Positions 1-10,752 of a stretch of DNA of 64,000 nt are shown piece after piece; within the stretch, counting starts at the first letter, position 1; each line of letters opens with the position of its first letter. Source of the DNA: Malacoraja senta (Eukaryota); the NCBI GenBank assembly GCA_038087875.1, contig CM075988.1, forward strand, positions 25,484,001 to 25,548,000. The letters run 5' to 3'. Made by a program: the position numbers and the translations under genes. The notes under the pieces are model-generated. The model had not been told where the DNA came from. It worked only from the letters and a program-made list of their open reading frames with translations, and made no database searches.

Positions 1-104
1 TGGGGATAAGCTGCCTTCACATTCATTAAAGCCGTACTGTGGTGGAAAGAAGAGGTTTCTGTGGATGATTTTGGGACTCGTGTTGTGGCCAAGGCATTCT
101 CGTT

Positions 105-335
105 CATTTCGAGGGGTAATTCTTTCCCCTCAGAGGGTGGTGGGTGTATGGAACGAGCTGCCGGAGGAGGTAGTTGAGGCAGGGACTATCACAACGTTCA
201 AGAGACATTTGGACTGGGCAGGTTTGGAGGGATATGGGCCAAGCGCAGGCAGGTGGGACTAGTGTAGCTGGGACATGTTGGCCGGTGTGGGCAAGTTGGG
301 CCGAAGGGCCTGTTTCCACACTGTGTCACTCTAAG
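105..335 (+). mobile_element. CR1-type LINE 3' fragment
   Basis: QRVVGVWNELPEEVVEAGTITTFKRHLD ORF2 C-terminus plus 3' UTR. Confidence 0.85.
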
Positions 336-626
336 ACCAATTGCGGATACAGCTCGCTATATTGCGAATAAAACTCACGTGTCGGTTCGGGGGGGATGGG
401 GGAGAGAGAGAAGGTAGGTCATATATAATGAACAGACTGGGTCTCAACAGCTGATGGGATTAATACAGCGCCCCCATAACACAAGCCTCCCTCCAACGTT
501 AGACATCCACTCTCAGAGAGGCGACGTTTAAATTGCAACGTAGCCGCTCCCACCGGCTCTGAAACTACCCGGGACTAACTCCCATCTCCCTGCGTGCAGG
601 CCAGAGTTCTGCTGTGGTTTTAATAT

Positions 627-629
<3 letters not shown>

Positions 630-671
<42 letters not shown>

Positions 672-675
672 GGGA

Positions 676-721
<46 letters not shown>

Positions 722-1483
722 GACCGTTGCTTTCTCAAACCCTTTCGTTTTTCATTTTTTTTTAATTAAAAAAAAAGATTACGAAAACGAGTGGGTGGGA
801 GGACAGCGACCGCAGAAACATTCCGCTGTTATTCCTCACCCGGCGTTTGGGAGCATTTTCTGCAATTTGAAGAAAAAAAAACAGCCTTTAAACCCCTAGG
901 CCGTGTGACAAGTCCCGGCAAAGGGATTGTAACAGAAATTAAATGTTGCATTAAATGTTATACACACACACACACACACACACACAGACACACACACACA
1001 CACGCACAGAGACACACACACACACACACACAGACACACACACACAGAGACACACACACACGCACATAGACACACACACACATAGACACACACACACACA
1101 CACACACACCACACACACACACATAGACACACACACACACACATAGACACACACACACACACAGACACACAGAGACACACACACAGAGACACACACACAC
1201 ACAGAGACACACACACACACAAACACAAGCACACACACACAGACACTCACACACACACACACACACACTCAGACACTCACACACAGACACTCACACACAG
1301 ACACTCACACACAGACACTCACACACAGACACTCACACACAGACACTCACACACAGACACTCACACACAGACACTCACACACAGACACTCACACACACAC
1401 ACTCACACACAGACACTCACACACAGACACTCACACACACACAGACACACACACACACACACAGACACACAGACACACACACA
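630..1483. repeat. (TG)n and (GA)n (630-718) and compound (CA)n/(acacagacactcac)n microsatellites (962-1483) in UBASH3B intron 1
   Basis: Direct inspection. Confidence 0.97.
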
Positions 1484-1609
1484 TATCGCCATTTGATACA
1501 GTAACAGAGTAACATTTGGATACAGTGGAGCGAATACCAAACAAAGACACAGCGATACACACAGAGAGAGAGAGAGAGAGAAATATATAGATAAACTCGT
1601 GTAACTTAC

Positions 1610-1737
1610 GCCCTGCCTTTTGGGAATCCCATTGATAAAAAGACATCGAGAGTTGACCCATGTTTGACGGTCACGGGGCGGTTCTGGCGATTCTTCCTGG
1701 GTATAACTTGACTGTACATTTCTTCTTTGGTAGCCAT
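1610..1737 (-). CDS. UBASH3B: UBASH3B (STS-1/TULA-2) first coding exon; remainder of gene lies beyond the left edge
   Basis: Minus strand caccATGGCT... translates MATKEEMYSQVIPRKNRQNRPVTVKHGSTLDVFLSMGFPKGR(A). This closely matches recalled human UBASH3B MAAREELYSKVTPRRNRQQRPGTIKHGSALDVLLSMGFPRARA, including the UBA-domain MGF loop. Good Kozak context; 128 nt ending in phase 2 at GC|GTAAGT. Confidence 0.93.
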
Positions 1738-1739
1738 GG

Positions 1740-2110
1740 TGTGTGCCGAGTGGGACTAAAGTGGCATTATATAGTGAGCAGGAGTGGCTGCACACGAGTG
1801 CAACACACACACACACACACACACAGCAAGCAGCTTCTCCTCACATCCACTGGCTGCCCTCGACCGTCGCTACTGGCAGTCCGGCCTGCAACAGATAGAT
1901 TTTTTCCATCCTGCAGGAGAGAGGGAGGAGCGCTGACAACGACAGCGTGTCATTCAAGCGGCCACACTCTTCAGTAAGTGGCTGATTTATGAATGAGTCG
2001 GAGTGGGGACGGCGCCGCACCCTCGCCCTTTTATGGAGCTGCCCACCTCGGCTCCATCCCCCCCGTCACACATTCCGTGCTCTCGGATTCTTTTATTGGA
2101 ATCCGGGCCC
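1740..2110 (-). promoter_or_regulatory. Probable UBASH3B 5'UTR/promoter (CpG-enriched unique sequence)
   Basis: CpG-containing non-repetitive block directly upstream of the UBASH3B ATG, bounded by CA microsatellites. The TSS cannot be determined from sequence. Confidence 0.5.
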
Positions 2111-2114
2111 ACCT

Positions 2115-3070
2115 ACACACTCATACACTCACTCTCACTCACACACTGTCACCCACTAACACTCACTCACACACACTCACGCTCTCACTCACACACATGC
2201 ACACACACACTCACACTCTCTCTCACACACACTCACACTCACACTCACACACACACTCACTCACACACTCACTCAAACTCACACACACTCACACATAAAC
2301 ACATTCTCACACACACTCACACACACACACACACACTCACACTCTCTCTCACACACACACTCACACACACACACTCACACTCTCACGCACACGCACACAC
2401 ACTCACACACACTCACTCTCACTCACACACATGCACACACACTCCCTCACACACACTCTCACACACACACTCTCACGCACACTCACGCTCTCACTCACAC
2501 ACATTCTCTCACACACACACTCGCACTCTCTCTCACACACACTCACTCTCACTCACACACACACTCACACTCACACACACACTCACACATAAACACATTG
2601 TCACACACACTCACACACACACTCTCACACACACTCACACTCACACACACTCACTCACACACACACACACTCACATTCACACACTCACTCACACACACTC
2701 TCACACACACTCACTCACACACACACACACTCTCACGCACACACACTCACACACACACTCACTCACACACACACACACACTCTCACACACTCACTCACAC
2801 ACATTCACTCACTCACACACACTCTCACGCACACACACTCACACTCACACACACACTCACTCACACACACACACACACACACTCACTCACACTCACTCAC
2901 ACACACACTCACACACACTCACTCACACACACTCTCACACACTCACACACACACTCACTCACACTCACACACACACACTCTCACACACATACACTCACAC
3001 ACACACACTCACACACTCACTCACACACACACTCACACACACACACACTCACTCACACACACACACACTC
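2115..3070. repeat. Compound (CA)/(CT) microsatellite
   Basis: Direct inspection; source of the spurious His/Thr-rich ORFs. Confidence 0.97.
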
Positions 3071-3170
3071 CGGGGCAGCTCTGAGCCATGGCTACACTGT
3101 GGGATCAGCAACTCACAGACCACAGGTTGACCTGGTAAATGAACAGTAACAAAGACGTCTATCACTGAGG

Positions 3171-3317
3171 CAGAGTGTAGCGTACCCCCTACAGAGTGTA
3201 GCGTACCCCCTACAGAGTGTAGCGTACCCCCTACAGAGTGTAGCGTACCCCCTACAGAGTGTAGCGTACCCCCTACAGAGTGTGGCGTACCCCCTACAGA
3301 GTGTAGCGTACCCCCTA
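3171..3317. repeat. 21-bp minisatellite, 7 copies
   Basis: cagagtgtagcgtacccccta repeated with one substitution. Confidence 0.97.
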
Positions 3318-6300
3318 CTGTCTGAACAAGGGTCTCCGCCCCAAACATCACCCATTCCGTCTGTACCACTCAGTTACTCCAGCATTTTGTGTCTATTTTT
3401 GCTTTAAACCAGCATCTGCAGTTCCTTCCTGCACAATATATCATTTTTAATTTGCTTTATTTTTTGTTGTTATTTAAAGGATCATTATTTTTGTAATGAT
3501 TCAGAGTAATATCAATAGCATTTAAATGTCCCTGGGTATTGGGATATTTAGGAGCTGTAAATAAATGCCACATTGGTTTCGGTAGAAATGAGGCTGTAAA
3601 TAAAATGGATGCGTTTATTTCTTATTCACGTGAAGCCATTTAAAGCTCCTCTACAGTGGTCACCTATTTCCTTCGCTCCATAGATGCTGCCTCACCAGCT
3701 GAGTTTCTCCAGCATTTTTGTCTACCTACAATGGCTGAGATCAGTTTGCTCAGTACAGATAACTAAACAAATGAGCAACCATCCTTAATACAATAGCTCA
3801 ATTGTGAACAGGTAGAGGGAGCAGGCCGCCTCTCATTTCATATTCAACAGCACCTTGAAGGTACTACCTGAGAAAAGAGTACCTTCTAAAACAGCTGTTT
3901 GAAACATGCAAGTTTCCCACTGACTGTTTGGAATTCCTGCCCCATAACTACTCAAAGTGAAGAAGGAGTGTTTGCCATGTCTGTGGAATTCTCTGCCTCA
4001 GAGGACGGTGGAGGCAGGTTCTCTGGATACTTTCATGAGAGAGCTAGATAGGGCTCTTAAAAATAGTGGAGTCAGGGGATATGGGGAGAAGGCAGGAACG
4101 GGGTACTGATTGGGGATGATCAGCCATGATCACATTGAATGGCGGTGCTGGCTCGAAGGGCCGAATGGCCTACTCCTGCACCTGTCTATTGTCTATTGTA
4201 TCAGGATCACATAGAAACCATGGGAAAATGACACCCACCCACCCTGACATGTACTGCCTAGCCTATATGTGAAGGAGTCTCGGGGTCACGTACTCACCCC
4301 ATCGGTCACCGCTAAACCCACAAAACTAGAGTGGAAGCAAGTCATCCCCAATTCCCAGTGATGACCTCAGAAGAAGACTTTTAATGGATCCCAGCGGTCT
4401 TTCCATCAGGACACTAAGTGCTGGGGTTATTCAGCGGGTCAGGCAGCATCTCTAGAGAACATGGATAGGTGACGTTTCGGGTCATGACCCAACTTCAGAC
4501 TTCAAACATCTCAACCCGAAACGTCACCTATCCACGTTCTTCAGAGATGATGCCTGGCCTGCCGAGTCACTCCAGCACTTTGTGTCCTTTTGTACATGAA
4601 CCAGCATCTGCAGCTCCTTGTCCAGCCATGATCACAATGAATGCCTCACCAGCTGAGTTTCTCCAGCATTTTTGTCTACCTACAATGGCTGAGATCAGTT
4701 TGCTTAGTACAAATAACTAAACAAATGAGCAACCATCCTTAATACAATAGCTCGATTGTGAACAGGTAGAGGGAGCAGGCCCTGGCTCGAAGGGCCGAAT
4801 GGCCTCCTCCTGCACCTATTTTCTATGTTTCTATGTTTCTAGCCTTTACGTCAGTGCTGCTTTGTGCTGTGTCATTGAGAGTTGGAATGGGACACGGGAT
4901 AAATGTCAGTCTTATTTATTTGTCTACTGTTCAGTCCAATGGCTCATGCAGCAGTGAAGTCCTTTAATACATTTACTTGTCAGCATTGGTGGATCAACAT
5001 TGCATTAATGATGGCGACTCTGACTCGGTGAGCTCTGCGGTGACTGAGACCAACGTGGGAGCTGCTGACTTTGCTTGGGACGAGGCAGGAAGATCCTCAT
5101 GGGAGGTTAGTGCGATCCTTCTGCCTTTATGGATCTGAGGCTTTGTTTGTTAAAACTTCCTTTTCAGACAGTTCATGTTATTAAGGGATAAGATGATGTG
5201 ATAAGAGCAAAATTAGGCCATTCGGCCCATCAAGTCTACTCCGCCATTCAATTATGGCTGATTTATCTCTCCCTCCTAGCCCCATACTCCTGCCTTCTCC
5301 CCATAATCCCTGACACCCATATAAGGGGAAGTAGCGCAAGGGGCCAAATAGTCGACTGTTTATCAATGACATTATATTCCATAAGCAATTGAAGCAATTG
5401 ACTACTTACTATCTACCTCATTGGTGACCTTCGGACTATCCTTGATCAGACTTTGCCTTGCACTAAACGTTATTTCCTTATCATGTACCTATACACTGTA
5501 AATGGGTCGATTGTAATCATGTATTGTCTTTCCTCTGACTGGATAGCACGCAACAAAAGCATTTCATGACAACAAGCTAAACTAATCTAAGCTGAGCTTC
5601 CCTCTTCCTGAAGCCATTGGGACTGGTGACACCAGACTTGGGATCCCAAAGGCCTTTTACAATTGAGTCACTGCTGCAATTGTGGCCACGTTTACCAGCT
5701 GGGAAAGTTGTCTAACTTGGTGCTAATGTGCTTTCTTTAACTGATCCAGAGTGGAAGCTGAATGCAAAGAGTCAAAAGGAAGTATTTGTCAAGTCGTGCT
5801 GGGGTGCAGAAGGTCAGTGATGTGGATGTTTCAAGAGTGGCGGGCGGCAGCTGTAACCTCCAGATGTAGTGTTTGTGCTCGCTCAGTGTAAATGGACCCA
5901 TTGTATGTGGGGATAACATCAGCTCTGGAGCCAGAGTCATGCCCAGCGCAGAGGAGATGAAGCACTGAAACACTGATATCATCGTATTATCGACAATCTG
6001 CTCTGATACGATACGATAGAACTTTGTCCCAGGAGGGAAATTGATCTCCCAACAGTCATAAAAACACAAAATACAAGAAACATGAAATTAAAGTGATGAG
6101 TGGAAAGGATTGGGGGATGTGCAAAGATTGGGGAGGTAGGGGGGTGGTGGGGGGGGGGGTGGTGGAGGGGGGTAGGGAGGAGAGTCAGTCAGTCTACCCC
6201 ACGACAGAAGGGGGAGGAGTTGTACAGTTTGATAGCCACAGGGAAGAAGGATCTCCTGTGGCGTTCTGTGCTGCATCTGTTGCTGAAGGGCCTTTGCGAT

Positions 6301-7116
6301 GGGATGAAGGGTGAAGGATGGGAGAAGGGATGGAGGGTCTTTGACGCGAAACATTAAGGCTCTTTCTCTTTCCACAGATGCTGCTTGACCCGCTGAGAAT
6401 CTCTGGCATTTTCTGCTTGTGTTTCAGGTTGTGAAGAGGCCCAGTCACCTTAATGTGGAAAGGGGAGCCCTCTGGAGGTGGCGTAGAGAAAGATGTGTAG
6501 AAACAGGAAATGGAGACACTAGAGACGACAGATGCTGGAATCTGGAGCAAAAATGTAATGTCAGGAGGAACTCAGTGGGTGGATCAGTGCTTGTGGATGG
6601 AAAACATTTGTGGACGTTTCACAAAATACCCAGTTCAATTTTTCAAGACATGGACACCCTTCACCGAATTCTTACAAGGATAGTATGGCACAACACAACT
6701 TTGGATTTAAATTCAACTATGGGTTGGGTGAGGTGGGTGGTGGTGGGGGGGGGGGGGGGGCGAGAGGCAGGTATATCTCCACTCTTTTTTTTCTTTTTTT
6801 TTCCTTTCTATTTTTTTTCCTTCTCCTCTCTGACATCTTTATTCACTCTATGGCTACACTACTTTAGTAGTCTAGAGGTCCTATCTTTGACCCTCTCACT
6901 TTTTCTCTCTCTTGTTTTTTCTCTTTTCTTTTTCCCTTTATTTTCAGGTTAAAAAGTTAAAATTGAAGCTGTACATTAACTATAATTTTATATGCCGACT
7001 GTTTTATTCTTGTACAATTGCTTCTAATAAAAATAAAACAAATTAAAAAAAATACCCAGTTCAGTTCACTAGCTTGCACAACTGACAGGCCTCGGTCTCA
7101 CCACTCCAGCATCTAT

Positions 7117-7435
7117 GGGCGGCACAGAGGAGTAGTAGAAGAGTTGCTGCCTTTACAGCGCCAGAGACCCGGGTTCGATCCTGACTACGGCAGCTGTCTG
7201 TATGGAGTTTGTACGTTCTTCCTGTGACCTGCGTGGGTTTTCTCCGGGTGCTCTGGTTTCCTCCCACACTCCAAAGACGAACAGGTTTTTAGATTAATTG
7301 GCTTTGGTAAAAATTGTAAATTGTCCCCAGTGTGTGTAGGATAATGTCAGTGTGCGTGGATCGCTGGTCGGCGCGGAGTCGGTGGGCAGAAGGGCCTGTT
7401 TCCGCTCTGTATCTCGAAACAAAACTAAACTAAAC
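7117..7435 (+). mobile_element. tRNA-derived V-SINE (HE1-like)
   Basis: tRNA-like head with B box gggttcgatcc, V-domain ggagtttgtacgttct...ggtttcctcccac, CR1-like tail ending (aaact)n. Confidence 0.85.
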
Positions 7436-9354
7436 TCAGCGAATTCTTCTCTTCTTTCAGCGGAAACAACGACTCAACCGACAATAGACACAAAAAGATG
7501 GAGTAACTCGCCGGGTCGGGCAGGCAGCAGGTCTGGAGAGAAGGAATAGGTGACGTTTCGGGTCGAGACCCATCTTCAGACCGGTACGTGTTATCCCAAC
7601 ACAAGGCCACCCACTGGAGGTGGGGAGGAGGCTGTTCTTGACTGGGCTGTGTGAGTATGTTGGCAGCGGGCAGAGACTGGGTGATGGTGCCCCTGTCCAC
7701 ACAGCAATGGCAGCTGGGGCTCTGCCTACATCAGGCCAGGTCAGCTAACAGCACTGCCCACTGCCTGCCTGCTGGCAAGGATGTGCTCCAGCAGCAGGGA
7801 AAGGCTGGAGCAGAAGCCCTGGACATCCCTGACCGGCCGAACAACTCATCATACACATGTAGACAAAAGTGCTGGAGAAACTCAGCGGATGTGGCAGCAT
7901 CTATGGAGCAAAGGAAATAGGCAACGTTTCGGGCCGAAACCCTTCTTCAGACTAATCATACACAGTCTGCCTCGTCATAATCCACCGGACACAAAGGACT
8001 GCAGATGCTGCTTAACACACAAAAGGACCAAATGCTGGAGTAATTCAGCGGGACAGGCAGCATCTGTATGGAAAAAGGATGGGTGATGTTTCGGGTCGGA
8101 ACCCTACTTCACCTACTCCTTTTCTCCAGCGATGTTGCCTGACCCGCTGAGTTACTCCAGCATTATGTCTCTATCTTCGGTATAATCCAGCATCTGCAAT
8201 TCCTTCGGACACACAAACTGCAGATGCTGGTTAATAGAATGAAGGACAGAGTGCTGGAGTAACTCAGCAGGTCAAGCAGCATCTCAGGTGACCATGGTGT
8301 GAGGAAGGGTCTCGACCTGAAACATCACCTATCAGGGGATATGGGGAGAAGGCAGGAACGGGGTACTGATTGTGGATGATCAGCCATGATCATATTGAAT
8401 GGTGGTGCTGGCTCAATGGGCCGAATGGCCTACTCCAGCACCTATTGTCTATTGTCCTCCAGAGATGCTGCCTGACCCGCTGCTTTACTCCAGTACTCTG
8501 TGTCCTGCTCGTCATAATCCTCTGGTTACAATTGGCTCTAGATTTTTATGATTCAAGAGAGTTTATTGTCATGTGTCCCTGATAGGACAATGAAATTCTT
8601 GCTTTGCTTCAGCACAACAGAACATAGTAGGTATTGACTACAGAACAGATCAGCGTGTCCATATACCATTATATAAATATATACACACATGGATAAATAA
8701 ACTGATAAAGTGCAAATAGCAGATAATGGGCTATTAATGTTCAGAGTTTTGTCCGAGCCAAGTTTAATAGCCTGATGGCTGTGGGGAAGTAGCTATTCCT
8801 GAACCTGATCGTTGCAGTCTTCAGGCTCCTGTACCTTCTACCTGAAGGTAGCAGGGAGATGAGTGTGTGCCCAGGATGGTGTGGGTCCTTTTTGAGGCCA
8901 CGTCACGAGCTCCAGCCAGAGCCCCCGACAATGTTTCTCTGTTCCTTTCCTCCTCTTTACTTCTGTCCCCACCCCAGCCTTCATGCGCCTCTTCAAACTG
9001 GATCACTTTGACAACCTCCCAATGTGAGCTGGCATCAAATGTTGTTTGTTCTTGTCCATGGGGAGCCCTTTATGATGATAAAGGTGCTGCTTAAATATGT
9101 TTTGATCGATTGTTTTCAGTGCCACATGTGTTCCTGTTCCTCCCCCTTTCCCTGGGGGTTTTCTTGGATTGTGTGGCATTTTAACACTGGATTTTGGTTT
9201 TTCAATAAAACATTTAAACTTCCAAAGGGAAAGAAATCTTACAAAACTGAAGCTCCATCTGCATCTCGCAGACGTTCAAAAGCACCTTACATCTAATCAC
9301 CTGTCAGTCTACTACCTGCCAGGCTGTATCCTGCCTCTCCTCTCTTCCAGCTTT

Positions 9355-9850
9355 ATAGACAATAGGTGCAGGAGTAGGCCATTCGGCCCTTCGAGTCAGC
9401 ACTGCCATCCACTGTGATCATGGCTGATCATCCCCAATCAGTACCCCGTTCCTGCCTTCTCACCATATCCCCTGACTTTAAGAGCTCTATCTAACTCTCT
9501 CTTGAAAGCATCCAGAGAATTGGCCTCCACCGCCCTCTGAGGCAGAGAATTCCACAGATTCACAACTCTCTGGGTGAAATTTTTTTTCCTCATCTCCGAT
9601 CTAAATGGCCTACCCCTTATTCTTAAACTGTGGCCCCTGGTTCTGGACTCCCCCAACATCGGGAACATGTTTCCTGCCTCTAGCGTGTCTAATCCCTTAA
9701 TAATCTTATATGTTTCAATAAGATGCCCTCTCATCCTTCTGAATTCCAAAGTGTACAAGCCCAGCTGTTCCATTCTATCAGCATATGACAGACCCACCAT
9801 CCTGAAAATGAACCTCGTGAACCTACGCTGCACTCCCTCAATAGCAACTC
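9355..9850 (-). mobile_element. CR1-type (HER1-like) LINE 3' fragment
   Basis: IEGVQRRFTR...RRMRGHLIETYKI...TRGHSLRI...QRVVNLWNSLP...FKRELD. Confidence 0.9.
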
Positions 9851-10454
9851 CCTTTCTTCCCTCCACCCCCCCCCCCCATACACACACACACAATCATTCT
9901 GAAGGGTCCCAACCCAAAATGTCACTGATCCATGTCTCTCCAGAGATACTGCCTGACCTGCTGAGTTACTCCAGCATCTTGTGTCTCTCTTTGGCAATTT
10001 ATCTAATTTGAAATATAGCATCTGCCCCTAGTCCTGGTGCAGGCAGTGTCAGAAGGGGTAACACGTTGCAGTCTCTGGAGTGAGATATCATGCCCACCAC
10101 ACAGAGAAATGGAAATAAACACAAAATGCTGGAGTAACTCAGCGGGACAAGCGGCATCTCTGGAGAGAAGGAATGGGTGATGTTTGGGGTTTGAGCTAAG
10201 TCTGAAGAAGGGTCTCGACCCGAAACATCACCCATTCCTTCTATCCAGAGATGCTGCCTGACTCGCTGAGTTACTACAAAAAATTATGAAGTAGGGTCTC
10301 AACCCAAAACCATCACCCATTCCTTTTATCCAGAAATCCTGCCTGTCCCCGCTGAGTTACTCCAACATTTTCTGTCTATCTTCAGAGTAAACCAGCATCT
10401 GCAGTTCTTTCCTGCACATCTGCAGTTCTTTCCTGCTCTATGACGACATTGACA

Positions 10455-10752
10455 CAGAGATACAGCCCAGAAACAGGCCCTTCAGCCCACCGAGTCCAAC
10501 CCGACCAGCAGTCCCCACACACTAACAGTATCCTCCACACACTAGCTACAATTTCCAATTTTACCAAACCAATTAGCCTATGGACCTGTACATATTTGGA
10601 GTGTGGAAGAAAACCAGAGCACCCGGAGAAAACCTACGCAGGTCACGGGGAGAATGTACAACCGCTATTCAGACTGCACCCGTAGTCAGGATCGAACCCG
10701 GGTCTCTGCCGCTGTGAGGCAGCAACTCTACCGCTGTGCCACCGTGCCGCCC
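10455..10752 (-). mobile_element. V-SINE (HE1-like)
   Basis: Reverse complement of the same SINE consensus. Confidence 0.85.

Noticed and set aside
7117..7190. tRNA-like sequences with A/B boxes (also about 10680-10752, 22768-22840, 41610-41670)
   Set aside because: They are heads of V-SINEs, continuing into the V-domain and LINE-like tail, not tRNA genes.
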